Positions 29,281 through 42,610 of a stretch of 64,000 nucleotides of DNA are shown here, piece after piece. The translations under genes and the position numbers were made by a program. The stretch lies in assembly GCF_009914755.1 (NCBI RefSeq), contig NC_060938.1, one strand, 5' to 3'. The notes below the pieces were generated by a model. The model was not told the origin of the DNA, ran no database searches, and worked only from the letters and a program-made list of their open reading frames with translations. Every line of letters starts with the position of its first letter. The stretch's first letter is position 1. Source of the DNA: the human T2T-CHM13v2.0 reference genome, Homo sapiens.

Positions 29281-29866
29281 TTATATATGTATATAATGTA
29301 TGTATATGTATGTGTATATATACATATATCATATGTATGTGTATATATACATATATCATACGTATGTGTATATATACATATATCATACGTATATGTGTGT
29401 ATATATACATATATCATACGTATATGTGTGTATATATACATATACGCACATGTATGTATATATACACACACGCACATGTATATATACACACACGCACATG
29501 TATATATACACATACGCACATGTATGTATATACACACGCACGCACATGTATGTATATACACACGCACGCACATGTATGTATATACACACGCACATGTATG
29601 TATATACACATATATGCACGTGTATGTATATACATATATGCACGTGTGTGTATATGTACATATATGCACGTGTGTGTATATATACATATGCATGTATGCA
29701 CATGCATGTATATATACATATATCATGTATGTATACACATATGTATATACACATGATATGTGTATATACATATGTGTATATACATATATATCATGTGTGT
29801 ATATACATATATGTATATACATATATCATGTGTGTGTATATACATGTATCATATGTGTATATATGA
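29281..29866. repeat. Alternating purine-pyrimidine (TA/CA/TG/CG) minisatellite-like tract
   Basis: Recurrent units such as tatatacatatatcatacgtatgtg and acacgcacgcacatgtatgtatat. Confidence 0.95.
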
Positions 29867-30377
29867 TTTCTTTGTCAGATATGTATATTATGAATACTTT
29901 TCCTTGTCTGTAGCTTGCCTGTTCATTTTCTTAACGATGTCTCTTGATGAACAAAAAGTTTAATAAGTCAAATTTCTTGAGTTTTTTTCATGGTTAACGC
30001 TGTACTATGTGTTACCTAAGAAATCTGCTTAGCCAATATTGGGAAGATATTTTCCTATGTTTACTCCGAGAAGCTTTAGGGTTTTGTCTTTTACTTTTAG
30101 GTTGATAAACCATCTCTAATTTTTTTTGAGTGTGAAATGAAACAACTGTTAAGGTTTACTTGCACTGTTTTCCTGTTTCTATCTAGTACCATTTGTTGAT
30201 AATACTGTTCTTTTCCCATTGAGCTGAGTTAGTTCTTGGTTGAAAATCAGTCGACTATATACGTGTGAGTCTCTTCTGTTCCACTGGTCTCTTTGTTCTT
30301 AAGTCAATTATACACTGTCTTGAATACTGTAGCTTTATAAAGGCTTCAAATCAGGTAATTAAGTTCTCTAACTTTAT

Positions 30378-30652
30378 ATTTTTTTAAATTTTTATTTTTT
30401 AGAGATGTGCAGTGGCATGATCATAGCTCACTGCAGCCTTGAATCCCTGGGATTGAGTGATCTATCTGCCTCAGCCTTCCAAGTGTCTAGGACTACAAAT
30501 ATACACCACCATGCCCAGTTAATTTTTATTTTTGTAGAGGTGCTATCTCACTATGTTGCTCAGGCTGGTCTCAAACTTCTGGACTCAAGCAGTCCTCCTG
30601 CCTTGGCTCCCCAAAATGCTAGGATTATAGGCATGAGACACTGCACCCAGCC
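30378..30652 (-). mobile_element. AluJ
   Basis: Diverged dimer. Confidence 0.87.
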
Positions 30653-31070
30653 TCATTCTTGCCTTTTAATTGCTTTGTATATTATAGATCCTTTGAATAT
30701 CCCTGTAAATTTTAGAATCATTTGTCATTAAAAAAATAAATAAAAGCCAATTAGATTTTGACTGGGATTTCATTGATACTGTTTTTCAGTCTGTGGAGAA
30801 TAGACATTTTAATAATACTGAGTATTCCATTTACGAACCTCTTCACTTAACTTCTCAGCAGTGTTGTGTAGTTTTCAATATAGATGTTTTGTACATCTTT
30901 CATTAGATATAGATTTTCATTAGATATACTGGATTTTCTGTGATCCTCTAAGTAGTGTATTTCAAATTCCATTTTGTTGTTCACTTGCTAGTACTCAGAC
31001 ATAACAATTGCTGTTTGTGTATTGACCTGATATCCTGCAAACCTCCTAAATTCAGTTGCTAGTTCTAATT

Positions 31071-31095
31071 TGTGTGTGTGTGTGTGTGTGTGTGT
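31071..31095. repeat. (TG)n microsatellite
   Basis: About 12 TG units. Confidence 0.95.
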
Positions 31096-31311
31096 AGTTG
31101 TCATATGTGATCATGATTGCTTCTGTTAATAATGACAGTTTTATTTGTTCCTTTTCCATCTTTATACATTTTTAAACTCCTTTTTCTGGCCCATCGAACT
31201 AGCTAGAACTTGCTGTGGAGTGCTAAGTAGGAGTAGTGAAAATGGACATCTTGCATTATTCCTGATCTTAAGAAAAAAGTATTCATTGTTTCACTGTTAA
31301 GTCTCATATTT

Positions 31312-31600
31312 GGCTGGGTATGGTGGTGCATGCCTATAATCCTAGCACTTTGGGAGGCTGAGGTGGGAGAATTGCCTGAGTCCAGAAATTTAAGACCAGC
31401 CTGGGCAACACAGTGAGAACCCATCTCTACAAAAAATAAAAAATTAGCCAGGATTGATAGCACATGGCTGTAGTTCCAGGCTGTCGCAAAAGGTGAGCCC
31501 AGGAGTTCGAGGCTGCAGTGAGCTGGGATTGTCCCACTGCACTCCAGCCTGGGAAACAGAGCGAGACCCTGTCTCAGGAAAAAAAAAGAGAGAGAGAAAA
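31312..31600 (+). mobile_element. AluJ
   Basis: TSD aagtctcata. Confidence 0.9.
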
Positions 31601-31819
31601 AGTCTCATACTTAGGTTTTTTACACTGTGGCTTCTGCTTTTAAAGCCCTATAATTTTGTGAGCTCCTATTTTTTAAGTTCACAATGTTCAATCTACATAT
31701 TAAGCTTTCTTGTGCTTGTGATGTTACTGCATTACTCCCATTTTTCTGTTTTCTGCCTCTTTTTCCAAGCAGTTACTTGTTGCTTTTTCCCCTTGGCTCT
31801 TCTACTTTTGCGAACATAG

Positions 31820-32164
<345 letters not shown>

Positions 32165-32385
32165 TAATGAATTCTTATTTATCAAATATTTATTGAGCAG
32201 GTACAATATGACTAACCGTGTTAGTATCTGAAGCTATACAAGTTGATGAAACATGGTCTCTGTCCTTAAAGAGCTCACTGTAAAGCATGGAAAGTAATGG
32301 ATGCTTCCCTTGGACCTCTTTGGAAGGAATGGACATCTCACTTGATCTGGTGAGGGTCAGTGAAAAGGCCTACTGAAGGAGTTGA
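32165..32385 (-). mobile_element. L2 3' fragment
   Basis: caaatatttattgagca...gtctctgtccttaaagagctcac. Confidence 0.65.
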
Positions 32386-32780
32386 TTGTACCACTTATTT
32401 TTGCTCCTTTTGTGCAGTCATCCAAGATTGAGGATCGGTTTTCTTTTTTTTCCTTCACATGTGATTATACCTCTTCTCAATTGTTTTCATGCCACAATTT
32501 CCAAATCTAGCCAGAAGCGTAGTTGTCAGAACTATATTGTGGTGCTTATTGCCTTGTACCCTATGTAATTTTTGTGTAAAGAGCTCCCCTAATAGCTCTT
32601 TAGCTCTTGGTGGTAGTAACTTGTTTGTCCTGATTTTTAGAAATTCTATGGAATGTTATATGTGTTAGAAACTCAAATGTTTTTGAATGAATGAACTAAT
32701 TGAATAACTTTTATTTTTTGTTCATATGTGTCTTATATTTCATTATTGGATAGATTCATAAGATTCGTCACTTAATATGA

Positions 32781-33088
<308 letters not shown>

Positions 33089-33352
33089 TCAAAATAGTTT
33101 TGGATTGTATTAATTTTCTAGAATAATTATTTTGTTCAAATAATAATTATTTTGTTCAACTATTCCTTTGGGGGGCTTCTTTCCTTCCACGCTGCTGGAC
33201 AGTAGGATGACTCTCTAACTTGCTACTGTACCCAGAGCAGACCCTTTCCTTAAATAACAGATGCTCGTGAGCTGCACTTCAAGATTCCTGTCTTGGGTTT
33301 TTCATTCCATTTCTTCACCCAGACCAATGTCTGTTGCTCCATTTTTGTTTGC

Positions 33353-33458
33353 CATGGTGAAACCCTGTTTCTAGTAAAAATACAACAACCAGCTGAGCGC
33401 GGGTGGCACACGACAGTAGTCCCAACTACTTGGGAGGCTGAGGCACAAGAATCCCTTG
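33353..33458 (+). repeat. 106-bp local copy of the internal part of the Alu at 34207-34312
   Basis: Shares private mutations (ctagtaaaaat, caacaaccagctgagcgc, cacacgacagtagtcccaact, gcacaagaatcccttg); no Alu ends or tail. Confidence 0.9.
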
Positions 33459-34110
33459 CCTCTCTTATTCAGTAGCTCTGCTTATTCTTGTAAAGCCATA
33501 ATGACATCACAGAATAGATTTTATTTTTGAGCAGGTACCAACTAGTGATTATTTTCAGATAATTAAATTATAAAACCATGAACAATGCCTTATTGCAAAT
33601 GTAATGGTTATGTGAGGCATTGTTTAGTGATTTCATTGGAATGAAGGTGAAACAAAGGCATTTAATTTTTTTCAAATTGAATTATGTATTTCTTTCAGGC
33701 AAACATGTGCTACTTAGTATCCATTAAATATGAGGGCATATAGCTTAATTTTGCTTAAGTGTAAGGTCAGAAGTCTTTAAACTCAACTGTGTAATGAAGT
33801 CTGCTGTCAGCGTTTTATTTACTAAATTTTTATCATTTACAAAATTTGAAATAATTTTGAAAGATAAATTGTCTTTTATCACCAGTAGATTTTTTTTATT
33901 TATATCCTTGTGGGGAGGAGTGTGGTGATCATATTTAGATATCAGATAAAATCAGTGTGCATGGAAATGTTACGTGTGCCTTAAAAATGTAGTTATCAAC
34001 TTTGAATCAACAGAAAAATAAGTGTTTTAAGTGTAATTTACATTAGGATGTTTACATTTCTAATATTCTTAAGAAAGTAAATGTGGTATTTAGTATAAAA
34101 ATGAAATGAG

Positions 34111-34446
<336 letters not shown>

Positions 34447-35471
34447 TTATTTGACTATGAGCAATTAAGCCTTATCAATTCAGAGGTTACTATTAATTGT
34501 TTATAATTTTAAACCCAAGTCTGCTTTTTCTCTTTTCCTTACATATGATAAAAATGCCTCACTTTTATTAAACTTAATAAGAGTTTAAAATAATTCAGCA
34601 TTTAAGTGGTTTTAAGTGCTGGAGAAAGATTTGGAATGCGTTTTTCAAGGGTGACCTTGGTGGCTCCCTTGGCCTTCCAGGGGGCCCACAGTGACAGGTC
34701 CATTTATCAGTAGATCGGGATTACTAGGTGTAATTTATTCCCATTAATTGCCTGTCTCTGGAATTCTACCTTTTCATTCACCTGATCATCTAGGGAAGAG
34801 ACTACCTTTTTTTTTTTCTTTTTTAAATGCCGAGATTTCTTGTTCTCCCTAGCCATGATGCTTGCCCTCACAGAGAAGGAGCTGTCCCATATGTGAACCA
34901 AGTAATTCTGCTGACAGCCGTTCCAAGTCCCAGGATCTCTTTTGATTATTTCTGATGTTTTATTTATTCTCTTATTATTTCTGCCTAGATTGGCCAGAAA
35001 GAGTTAGATTTGAAGGTCAGCTGCAAACATCTCGTATTTTTAATCACAAGTTGGCCAATTGGGAGGTTTCTAACCAGTTCCTTGAAATAGGTCACCAGAC
35101 ACATTGTACGAATCCCAGAGTTTAATGGGCCATCTGTTGGGTCACTCTGGTAATTGTTCCTTTTTATAAATTCCAATGTACCCAGTTAAGTTGAAGCAAA
35201 GGTTGTTAGACTCTTCATGTGCTGAACAGTGGGACCCTCTCAACTGAAACTTGCCCTCAGAGAGTTTTTGTTGACTCCATTTCTTATGTATTTCTTCCTC
35301 AATAGTGAGAGTTTGGTTTTTTTAATTGCGGAAGTTGACGGTCATGCTTGCTGAAGATAATTAGAAAAGTGGGGAAGTAGTACTGCTTGGTATTAGGAAA
35401 AATGAGGCCAATCATTTGGCTGTAGCAATAGTGGGATTTCTTTGCAAAGAAGCTTTGGACAAGGCGAAGGG

Positions 35472-35760
35472 AGCTGGGTGTGGTGGCTCACACCTGTGAT
35501 CCCAACACTTTGGGAGGCTGAGCAGAGGTAGGAGAATCACTTGAAGCCAAGACTTGGAAACCACAGCGAGACCCTGTATCTACAAAAAATTTTCAAAAAA
35601 ATTAGCCAGGTGTGTTGGTGCATGCACTTGTAGTCCCAGGTACTTGCGAGGTTGAGGTGGACGGATCACTTGACCCCAGAAGTTTGTTGCAGTGAGTTGT
35701 GATGACGCTGCTGCACTCCAGCCTGAGTGACAGAGTGAGACACTGTCTCAAAAACAGAAA
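35472..35760 (+). mobile_element. AluJ
   Basis: Diverged dimer. Confidence 0.87.
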
Positions 35761-36294
35761 TTTTTTTTTAAGTTTAAAAAAGCCAAAGGGAAATGATGGA
35801 CAATAAACTTGCTCCATGCAGCTGGGTTTCTCTGTGACTCTTAGGAGAGGACCTCAGAAAAGGTATAGTGTGGAGTAGTCTAGAGCTGAAGTTATAAGCA
35901 AAGCAGTTTGTTAGCTCACTGAAAACATCTGAAATGTGAATTTTACTTGGTGTTTCTGATTTTCTGGTAAGATCTGGAAAGTGAGAGTCAAAACATGGAG
36001 TTCAAGTCTGAAGGGCAGTGAGTGTGTTGATGGAGAACCAGACTGAGGCAGATGTCTTTCAGTATATTATCTGTGAAAAAGAGAAAGACAGCTCCGTTCT
36101 GGGCTGGTTTCTCTTCTCTCTCAAAGCGATGTTATCTAGTTGCATGACTTGAAATATCCTCTGTATGCCTCTCTTGTTCCTAACTCTGCTTATCCAACTC
36201 TTCAGACTTGTATTTCCAATTACTTTTCTGATATTTCCACCTTTATGTCCAATAGACATCACTAATTTAACATGGTCAACAAAGAATTATGAGC

Positions 36295-36740
36295 AATCCC
36301 AGCACTTAGGGAGGCTGAAGCAGAAGGATTGCTTGAGCCCAGGAGTTTGAGACCAGCCTGAGCAACAAAGCGAGATTCTATCTCTACAAAAAATAAAGAT
36401 TAGCTGGGCATGGTGGCATGTACCTGTAGTCCCAGCTACAGCTAGTTCCAGCTAGTGCCCGGGTCATTTCCCTTTCCTCTCCAGCCACACTGGCACTTTT
36501 TACCTTGGACACGCTGTTTGTTCATATCCTAGGGTCTTTCCACTTGCTCTTCCCTCTGCCTGGAACATTCATGCCTTGTGTAGCTGATTCCTTTATGATA
36601 TTTAGTCATTTAGTCATATCATCTTAAATGACTTCTTTGCAAAGAGGCCTTCCTTGACCAAATCAGTTGAGGCTGATGTGGGAGGATCGTTTGATCCCAG
36701 GAATTGGAAGCTGTAGTGAGCTGAAAAACAAAACAAAAAC
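36295..36740 (+). mobile_element. AluJ interrupted by an L2-derived local copy
   Basis: Alu breaks at cccagcta (36438) and resumes at gaggctga (36669). Confidence 0.85.
36461..36668 (+). repeat. ~200-bp local copy of 37239-37438
   Basis: Roughly 16 substitutions plus one 8-bp indel by eye. Confidence 0.93.
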
Positions 36741-36753
36741 CTTGATGTGTGTC

Positions 36754-36865
36754 TAGGGTAATGAGCTCATCCTTGTTTCCTGGGACTTTCTTGGTTTTGA
36801 CACTGAAGTCTCACATTCTAGGAAACCTCTTCTTCCCAGGCAAACCAGGATGGCTAGTCTCCCTA
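36754..36865. mobile_element. MER81 (hAT-Blackjack) MITE
   Basis: tagggt...ggttttgacactgaagtc...cccaggcaaaccaggatggctagtctcccta, ~112 bp with terminal inverted repeats. Confidence 0.7.
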
Positions 36866-37896
36866 TTTATAGTCCTTAAACCTGTTTCTGTCTCACTTGA
36901 AATTCCTTGGGAGAATCATCTGTCCAGTTGCTCAAGCTAAGCATTCAGCAGTTATCCCTGATTCATCTCTTTCTAAACCCATCAGTAACATATTTCTTAA
37001 CCACATCTAATCCATCAGTATGCCTAGTTGGCTCTACTACCAAAAGTGTCCAACTCTGTCTGCTTCTCTGCATCTCTGCTGATCCCACCTTAATGCAAGC
37101 TGGTTTGATCTTGAGCTGCGTTATGTCATGAGACAGTGATGTGGAACCTGCAACCTTTCATGTTGCTCTTAAAGTCCAACCCCATACCAGGCCCTGCAAG
37201 CTTCCTCACAGCCCCACACCATCTGTCTTTTCTTTTCTGGGTCATTTCCCTTTCCCCTCCAGCCACACTGGCACTCTTTACCTTGGACACGCTGTTTGCT
37301 CATGTCCCAGAGTCTTTCCACTTGCTCTTCCCTCTGCCTGGAACATTCATGCTTTGTGTTACTGATTCCTTCATGACATTTAGTCATCTTATCTTAAATG
37401 ACTACTTCACAAAGAGGCCTTCCTTGACCAAATCAGTTTAAAGTAGCCAGCCAGCCAGCCACTCTTGATCATATTACTATATTTTAATTTTCTGCATGGC
37501 ACTTCTAGCCATCTGACGTTTATCTTGTTTATTGATTTGCTTGTTCTCACTCTCCCCTACTAGACTGTAAGCCCCTCAAGAGTGATGGCTTTGATTGCTG
37601 TACCCGCCATCCTTTCCCCAGGCTTTAGGACAGTTCACAGAACAAGGGCCAGAAAATATTATTAATTGTAGTAAAGAATAAATGTATCCTAAGCCATTTA
37701 ATTAAAACTTTGAGATCTTGAAAGTTTTAGCAAGCAAGAACCAGTAAGTGGAAATTAATTGTACCATAGCTATTATTACTACCACAAAAGGTACAGAATA
37801 TCATTGATATTATCTTCATTTAATAGGTTATACTGATTTTATGTTAGCTAAAATTTTAGGTTTATTTACAAATGTATTTTCCCATACCCTGTTTCT

Positions 37897-38168
<272 letters not shown>

Positions 38169-38393
38169 CCTGTTTCTTTTAAGCTGGTAATTTATTGAAT
38201 GGTTGAACTTTTCTCCTGCAGCAGCTTTTGAGTTTGTATCCTTAGTATGAAAGTTCAGTCATTCCATACATCAGTCTGTGGGGACTACCGAGTGCCTTGG
38301 AGCCTTCCTTCCTTACTTTGACCTAAGGGACTGTCTTTTGGAACTTGAGTGGTTATAAATCTGCACATTTCAGTGTCGAAAGTATTTCTAAAC

Positions 38394-38592
38394 CAGGGTC
38401 TCAACCTTAGGACTCTGGCATTTGGGGTCAGATAATTTTGTTGTGAAGGGCTGTGGAATTACATGTTCAGCTGCATCCCCGGCCTCTACCCACGAGATGC
38501 CAATAGCGCCTCCTCAGTTCAGATTGCCGATATCTCCAAATGCTGCTTAGTGTCACTCTGGAGGGCAGAGTCTCCCCTGTTGAAATCCACTC
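38394..38592. mobile_element. MER20 (hAT-Charlie)
   Basis: gcatccccggcctctacccacgagatgccaatagc. Confidence 0.85.
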
Positions 38593-40536
38593 TTCTAAGC
38601 AATGAATACTTTTTCTTCTATTTCCTTTATACTGAGAGATAATAATTTTTAAAAAATCAGATAGAAATCTGGCTCAGCTTTTTTGGTGGGGTGAATGTAG
38701 CAGATTTTTAAAAGCTATTATAAGGAAAGATTGTTCATCTTCCACCATTACTAAGTTATAAGAATCTATTTTCAACTTGTATGTTTCTATAATTCCACAG
38801 TACACTTTGTGTTAGGAACCCTAAAATATTCTGGGGGAATTTGTTCTTTCAGTGTTTCTATATTTTTCGCCTGCTCCCATCACCATGGAGCTAAACACTT
38901 TGAGACATGTTAAGTTAAAAACAGTAATGACAGAAGAGGAAAAAACATTTTGCTTCTGCATTCTTTTTTCCTCTCTTCTCTTCCTCCTTACCTCAGTCAG
39001 CCAAATAGGGTATTAGTTTGAATGTTTTAATTGGATGTCAAGATAGGAAAGGCATGTTTTTCAGAGCTTATTTTTTCTTAGGAAATGCTAACAGTATAAT
39101 TTGAACAGACCTGTGAATTGATATTCTGAGATAAGGTAAAATATACCAGGAATGTGTAGGGAAGGAGACTTTTTCCTTGGCCTGAACCCATTTTATAGAT
39201 TTCTGTGCTTCAGAGATCCCATTGTATTGTTTAGGTAGGGCTACTCTACATCATATACAATTCTTTTTTTTTCATATAGAAAACAAATATCAGAATGTAT
39301 GTAACCTAGTTTTTAGTGTAGAACTGATTGATTCATTGAATAAATGCAATTCTTGTCAGCTTTCTTAAATTGAGACCTTAGCATAGTGTTTTGTATAAAG
39401 TAACTAGAGACAGACTATTTTTCAGATTGTGGTTTGTGTTTGAAATTCATGTCCTCATCCAGGTACAGACTTTGAACTTTGGCCTATCTGAATGGAATAT
39501 TCCGTTCAGTCCTTTCAAATGTAGCAAGAATGAATATAAAATTAGAGAAAAAAGTTTTCTTTCTTAATATTTACGACCTGTAGCATCTTCTGTTAGTTTG
39601 TAGGAACATGGTACTGATACGTTATTTCTGTTCAGCAAAGGTAGTTTAGAGATTTTTTTCTGTTTAAGATACAGTATTTTTTTTTCTGAACAAATTAATG
39701 TCTTGATATTGAACCTTGGTTTCACTGTGCTCAAACCTTCAAATGTTAATTTAAGGAAGTTTAGATTCCTCATTTCTTTTTAAACAGTATTACTGCTTTC
39801 TTTGCACACATGAAGCCATGATATTGAATTTAAAAGCAGATGACCTTAAAGAAAATCGTGCAACTTAAACACCACAGACTTAAAAATAAAAAATATAAAG
39901 ATTTTTAAAGAAGAAAGTTAAAAAAATGTATCTGCTTTTCTGATGTAGGCTGGTGAGAAAAGATGTTCTTTTTCTGTTGCTTTCAGTCTTTAGCTCCCTG
40001 TCAGTTCTGCCCCACTGTGAAACCGAAGATGTTCTCAGCATTCTTGAGTAACACTTCCCACAGGTGACCTTCTGTATAAAGAGAGCTTGTTGTTGTTGTT
40101 GTTAACTTCTATATTGATAAGAAAAAGATAACAGTTCACAAATTACAACATCCTGTGATTTGATTCTTCATAAAATTTTTTGGTGAGGTTTTGGGAATTT
40201 CATTCTTGTTCCCCTGATCTGCTACACTTGGGCTACCACACTTTTTATAATATTTATTGCTATAAACATAGTTTGGGAGCATTTAAGTTGTTTATAGCTC
40301 CTTGCTATCCTAAATAATGCTGTGATGAACCCTTTTTTTGCACAGAATTTTGTCTTTTGAATTGTTTCCTTAAAAAATACTCAGGAATAAAATAACTGGG
40401 AAAAAAAGTATGTAAGCATTTTAAAGGCTCTCGATACATATTCCTAATTTAAAAAAAAAACAACAATTTCACTCTTCCAGTAGCTAATGAGCACATTTTA
40501 TAAAAATTAATACCTCTTATTTTTCTTAAAGCATAC

Positions 40537-41667
40537 TTAAGGGCCCTACGATTTTCAGATTGTAAATAAGCATTGGCTTCAACTTTAAGTCTCCAGCTGC
40601 ATTAGCCCCTAATAAGAGAGTCAGACTGTTCTTTGAACCTTTGAAGCCAGGCATTGACTTCTCCTCTGTAGCTATGAAAGTCCTGGATGACATTTTCTTC
40701 TAAGAGAAGGCTGTTTCATCTATACTGAAAATCTGTTGTTTATTGTAGTCACCTTATCAATCATTTTAGCTAGATCTTCTGGATAACTTGCTGGTGAGCT
40801 TGCACTTTCATGTTATGGAGACAGCTTCCTTCCCGAAACCTGATGAACCAATGTCTGCTGGCTTCTAACTCTTCTTCTGAGTTTCTTCACCTCTCTCAGC
40901 CTTCATAGAATTGAAGAGAGTTAGGGCCTTGCTCTGGATTAGGCTTTGGTTTAAGAGAATGTTGTGGCTGATTTGATCTTCTTTCTCTCCAGAACACTAA
41001 AACTTTCCATCTCAGCAGTAAGGCTGTTTTGCTTTCTTATCATTTATGTGTTCACTGCAGTAGTACTTTTAATTTTCTTCAAAAACTTTTCCTTTGCATT
41101 CACAACTTGGCTAACTGGTACAATCCTAGCTTTCAGCCTCTCAACTTTCAAATGTCTTCCTCACTAAGCTTAATCATTTCTAGCTTTTGATTTAAAATGA
41201 GACACCTGTGACTCTTCCTTTCACTTTCAAGTTTCGCTTGAACTTAGAGGCCATTCTAATTTCAGTGTTGTGGTCTCAGAGACTAGAGAGCCCAAAGAGA
41301 GGGAGGCAGATGGGGAATGGCTGGTGGGTGGAGCAGTCAGAACTCAAACGACATTTGTTGATTGTTTGACATTTGTTGATTGATTGCCGTCTTCTGTGAG
41401 TGCAGTTTGTGGCATTCCCCAAAAGATTAGTAGTAACATCAAAGATCACAGATTAGAAATCACCAAAACAGATGTAATAATATGACAAAGTTTGACATAT
41501 TGTGGGAATTACCAAAATGTGACACAGAGACAGGAAATGAGCACATGCTGTTGGAAAAATAGCACTGACAGACTTGCTCAATGCAGGGTTGCCTCACACC
41601 TTCAATTTGTAAAAAAAACACCTGCAAAGTGCAATAAAGTGAAGTGCCATAAAATGAGGTGTGCCTG
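40537..41667 (-). mobile_element. Tigger1 5' half (decayed pogo-like transposase)
   Basis: TIR ...aaaatgaggtgtgcctg-TA; minus strand near 40650-40740 reads as a degraded [27 protein letters not shown] motif. Confidence 0.88.
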
Positions 41668-41735
41668 TATTGTATTTGTTGAACAGAAACATTTTTCAAA
41701 TGTTTAACCAATTTTTTCTTTTGTGAATTGCCTAC

Positions 41736-42610
41736 TGTTTCAGAAAAACTCTCAAACCGTGTCTTTCCTCTGCTTTCATACCACCATGACAATCATCAAC
41801 ACAGAAAACACTTCTGTGACAAAAGCTGTGGGTTTTTTTCTCCACATGCCAAACAGCGTACACTGGCTGGATGTTCTCAATTCAGTTCCAACACTATCCA
41901 CCCTAAGATAGTGTCAGATTCCACAGGTTGGGGGCTCAGTCCCCAAGACTGCCCCTTACATGTTTGGACATCATTGGTAAATCCAGGCCTCCAGACTTCT
42001 GACTGACCAACTTTAAGTTGGTGTTCCCACAACCCCATGTTTGGGTTTAATTAATTTGCTGGAGCAGCTTACAGAACTCAGGGAAACATGTTTACTGATT
42101 TATTTAAAAGGATATTACAAAGGATTCAGATGAAGCGTTGTGTAGGGCAAGGTATCAGAGAAGGAGCACGGAGCTTCCGTGCCCTCCTTTGGCGTGCCAC
42201 CTTCCAAGAACTTCTACATGTTCACCTCTCCAGAAGCTCTTCAAACCTGGTCCTTTGGGTTTTTATACAAGGAGGCTTTATTACATGGCCTGGTTGACAA
42301 CCGTGTAGAAATGTGATTGGACAAAAAGCACATTATCTAAATCCAGCAAGGCCTGTCTATTCAGACTTTTCTTGGCCTTTCTGTGTAGCTTTCCTTCCCG
42401 TAGGATATGGAGCAGGACTCTCTGGAATGAGTGTCTTTTGATCCACAATCAGATTAGAGCCCTGCCTTGGGCAGGTGAAAGGACAGGAGGTCAGAGAGAG
42501 AGAGATTCTGTTTCCTGAGGCCTAAAGTACCCCAGCATTATAACAAGGACTGTGGGAGTTAGGAGCTAGGAACTGTGGACAAAAACCAATATAGCTATCA
42601 TAACACCATA
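41736..42610 (-). mobile_element. MER21-family solo LTR
   Basis: gatagtgtcagattccacaggttgggggctcagtccccaagactgcccc; gagctaggaactgtggacaaaaacc. Confidence 0.8.

Larger units (their letters stand above)
28730..31310 (-). mobile_element. L1M (MB/MC-age) ORF2/3' fragment, interrupted
   Basis: tgctatcaacattcttgtaca, aagaaactgcccaactgttt, gaatactgtagctttat, gacatcttgcattattcctgatctta. Confidence 0.8.
36100..37685 (+). mobile_element. L2 3' region (interrupted)
   Basis: ctccagccacactggc, ttccctctgcctggaac, ctagactgtaagccc, aaatattt..gaataaatg. Confidence 0.8.

Noticed and set aside
29172-29963. Overlapping Y/I/H/M/C/V-rich ORFs up to 216 aa
   Set aside because: Translation artefact of the alternating RY repeat
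40537-41667. Domesticated Tigger transposase gene
   Set aside because: Truncated; in-frame stop in the DET-motif region; no long ORF in the track
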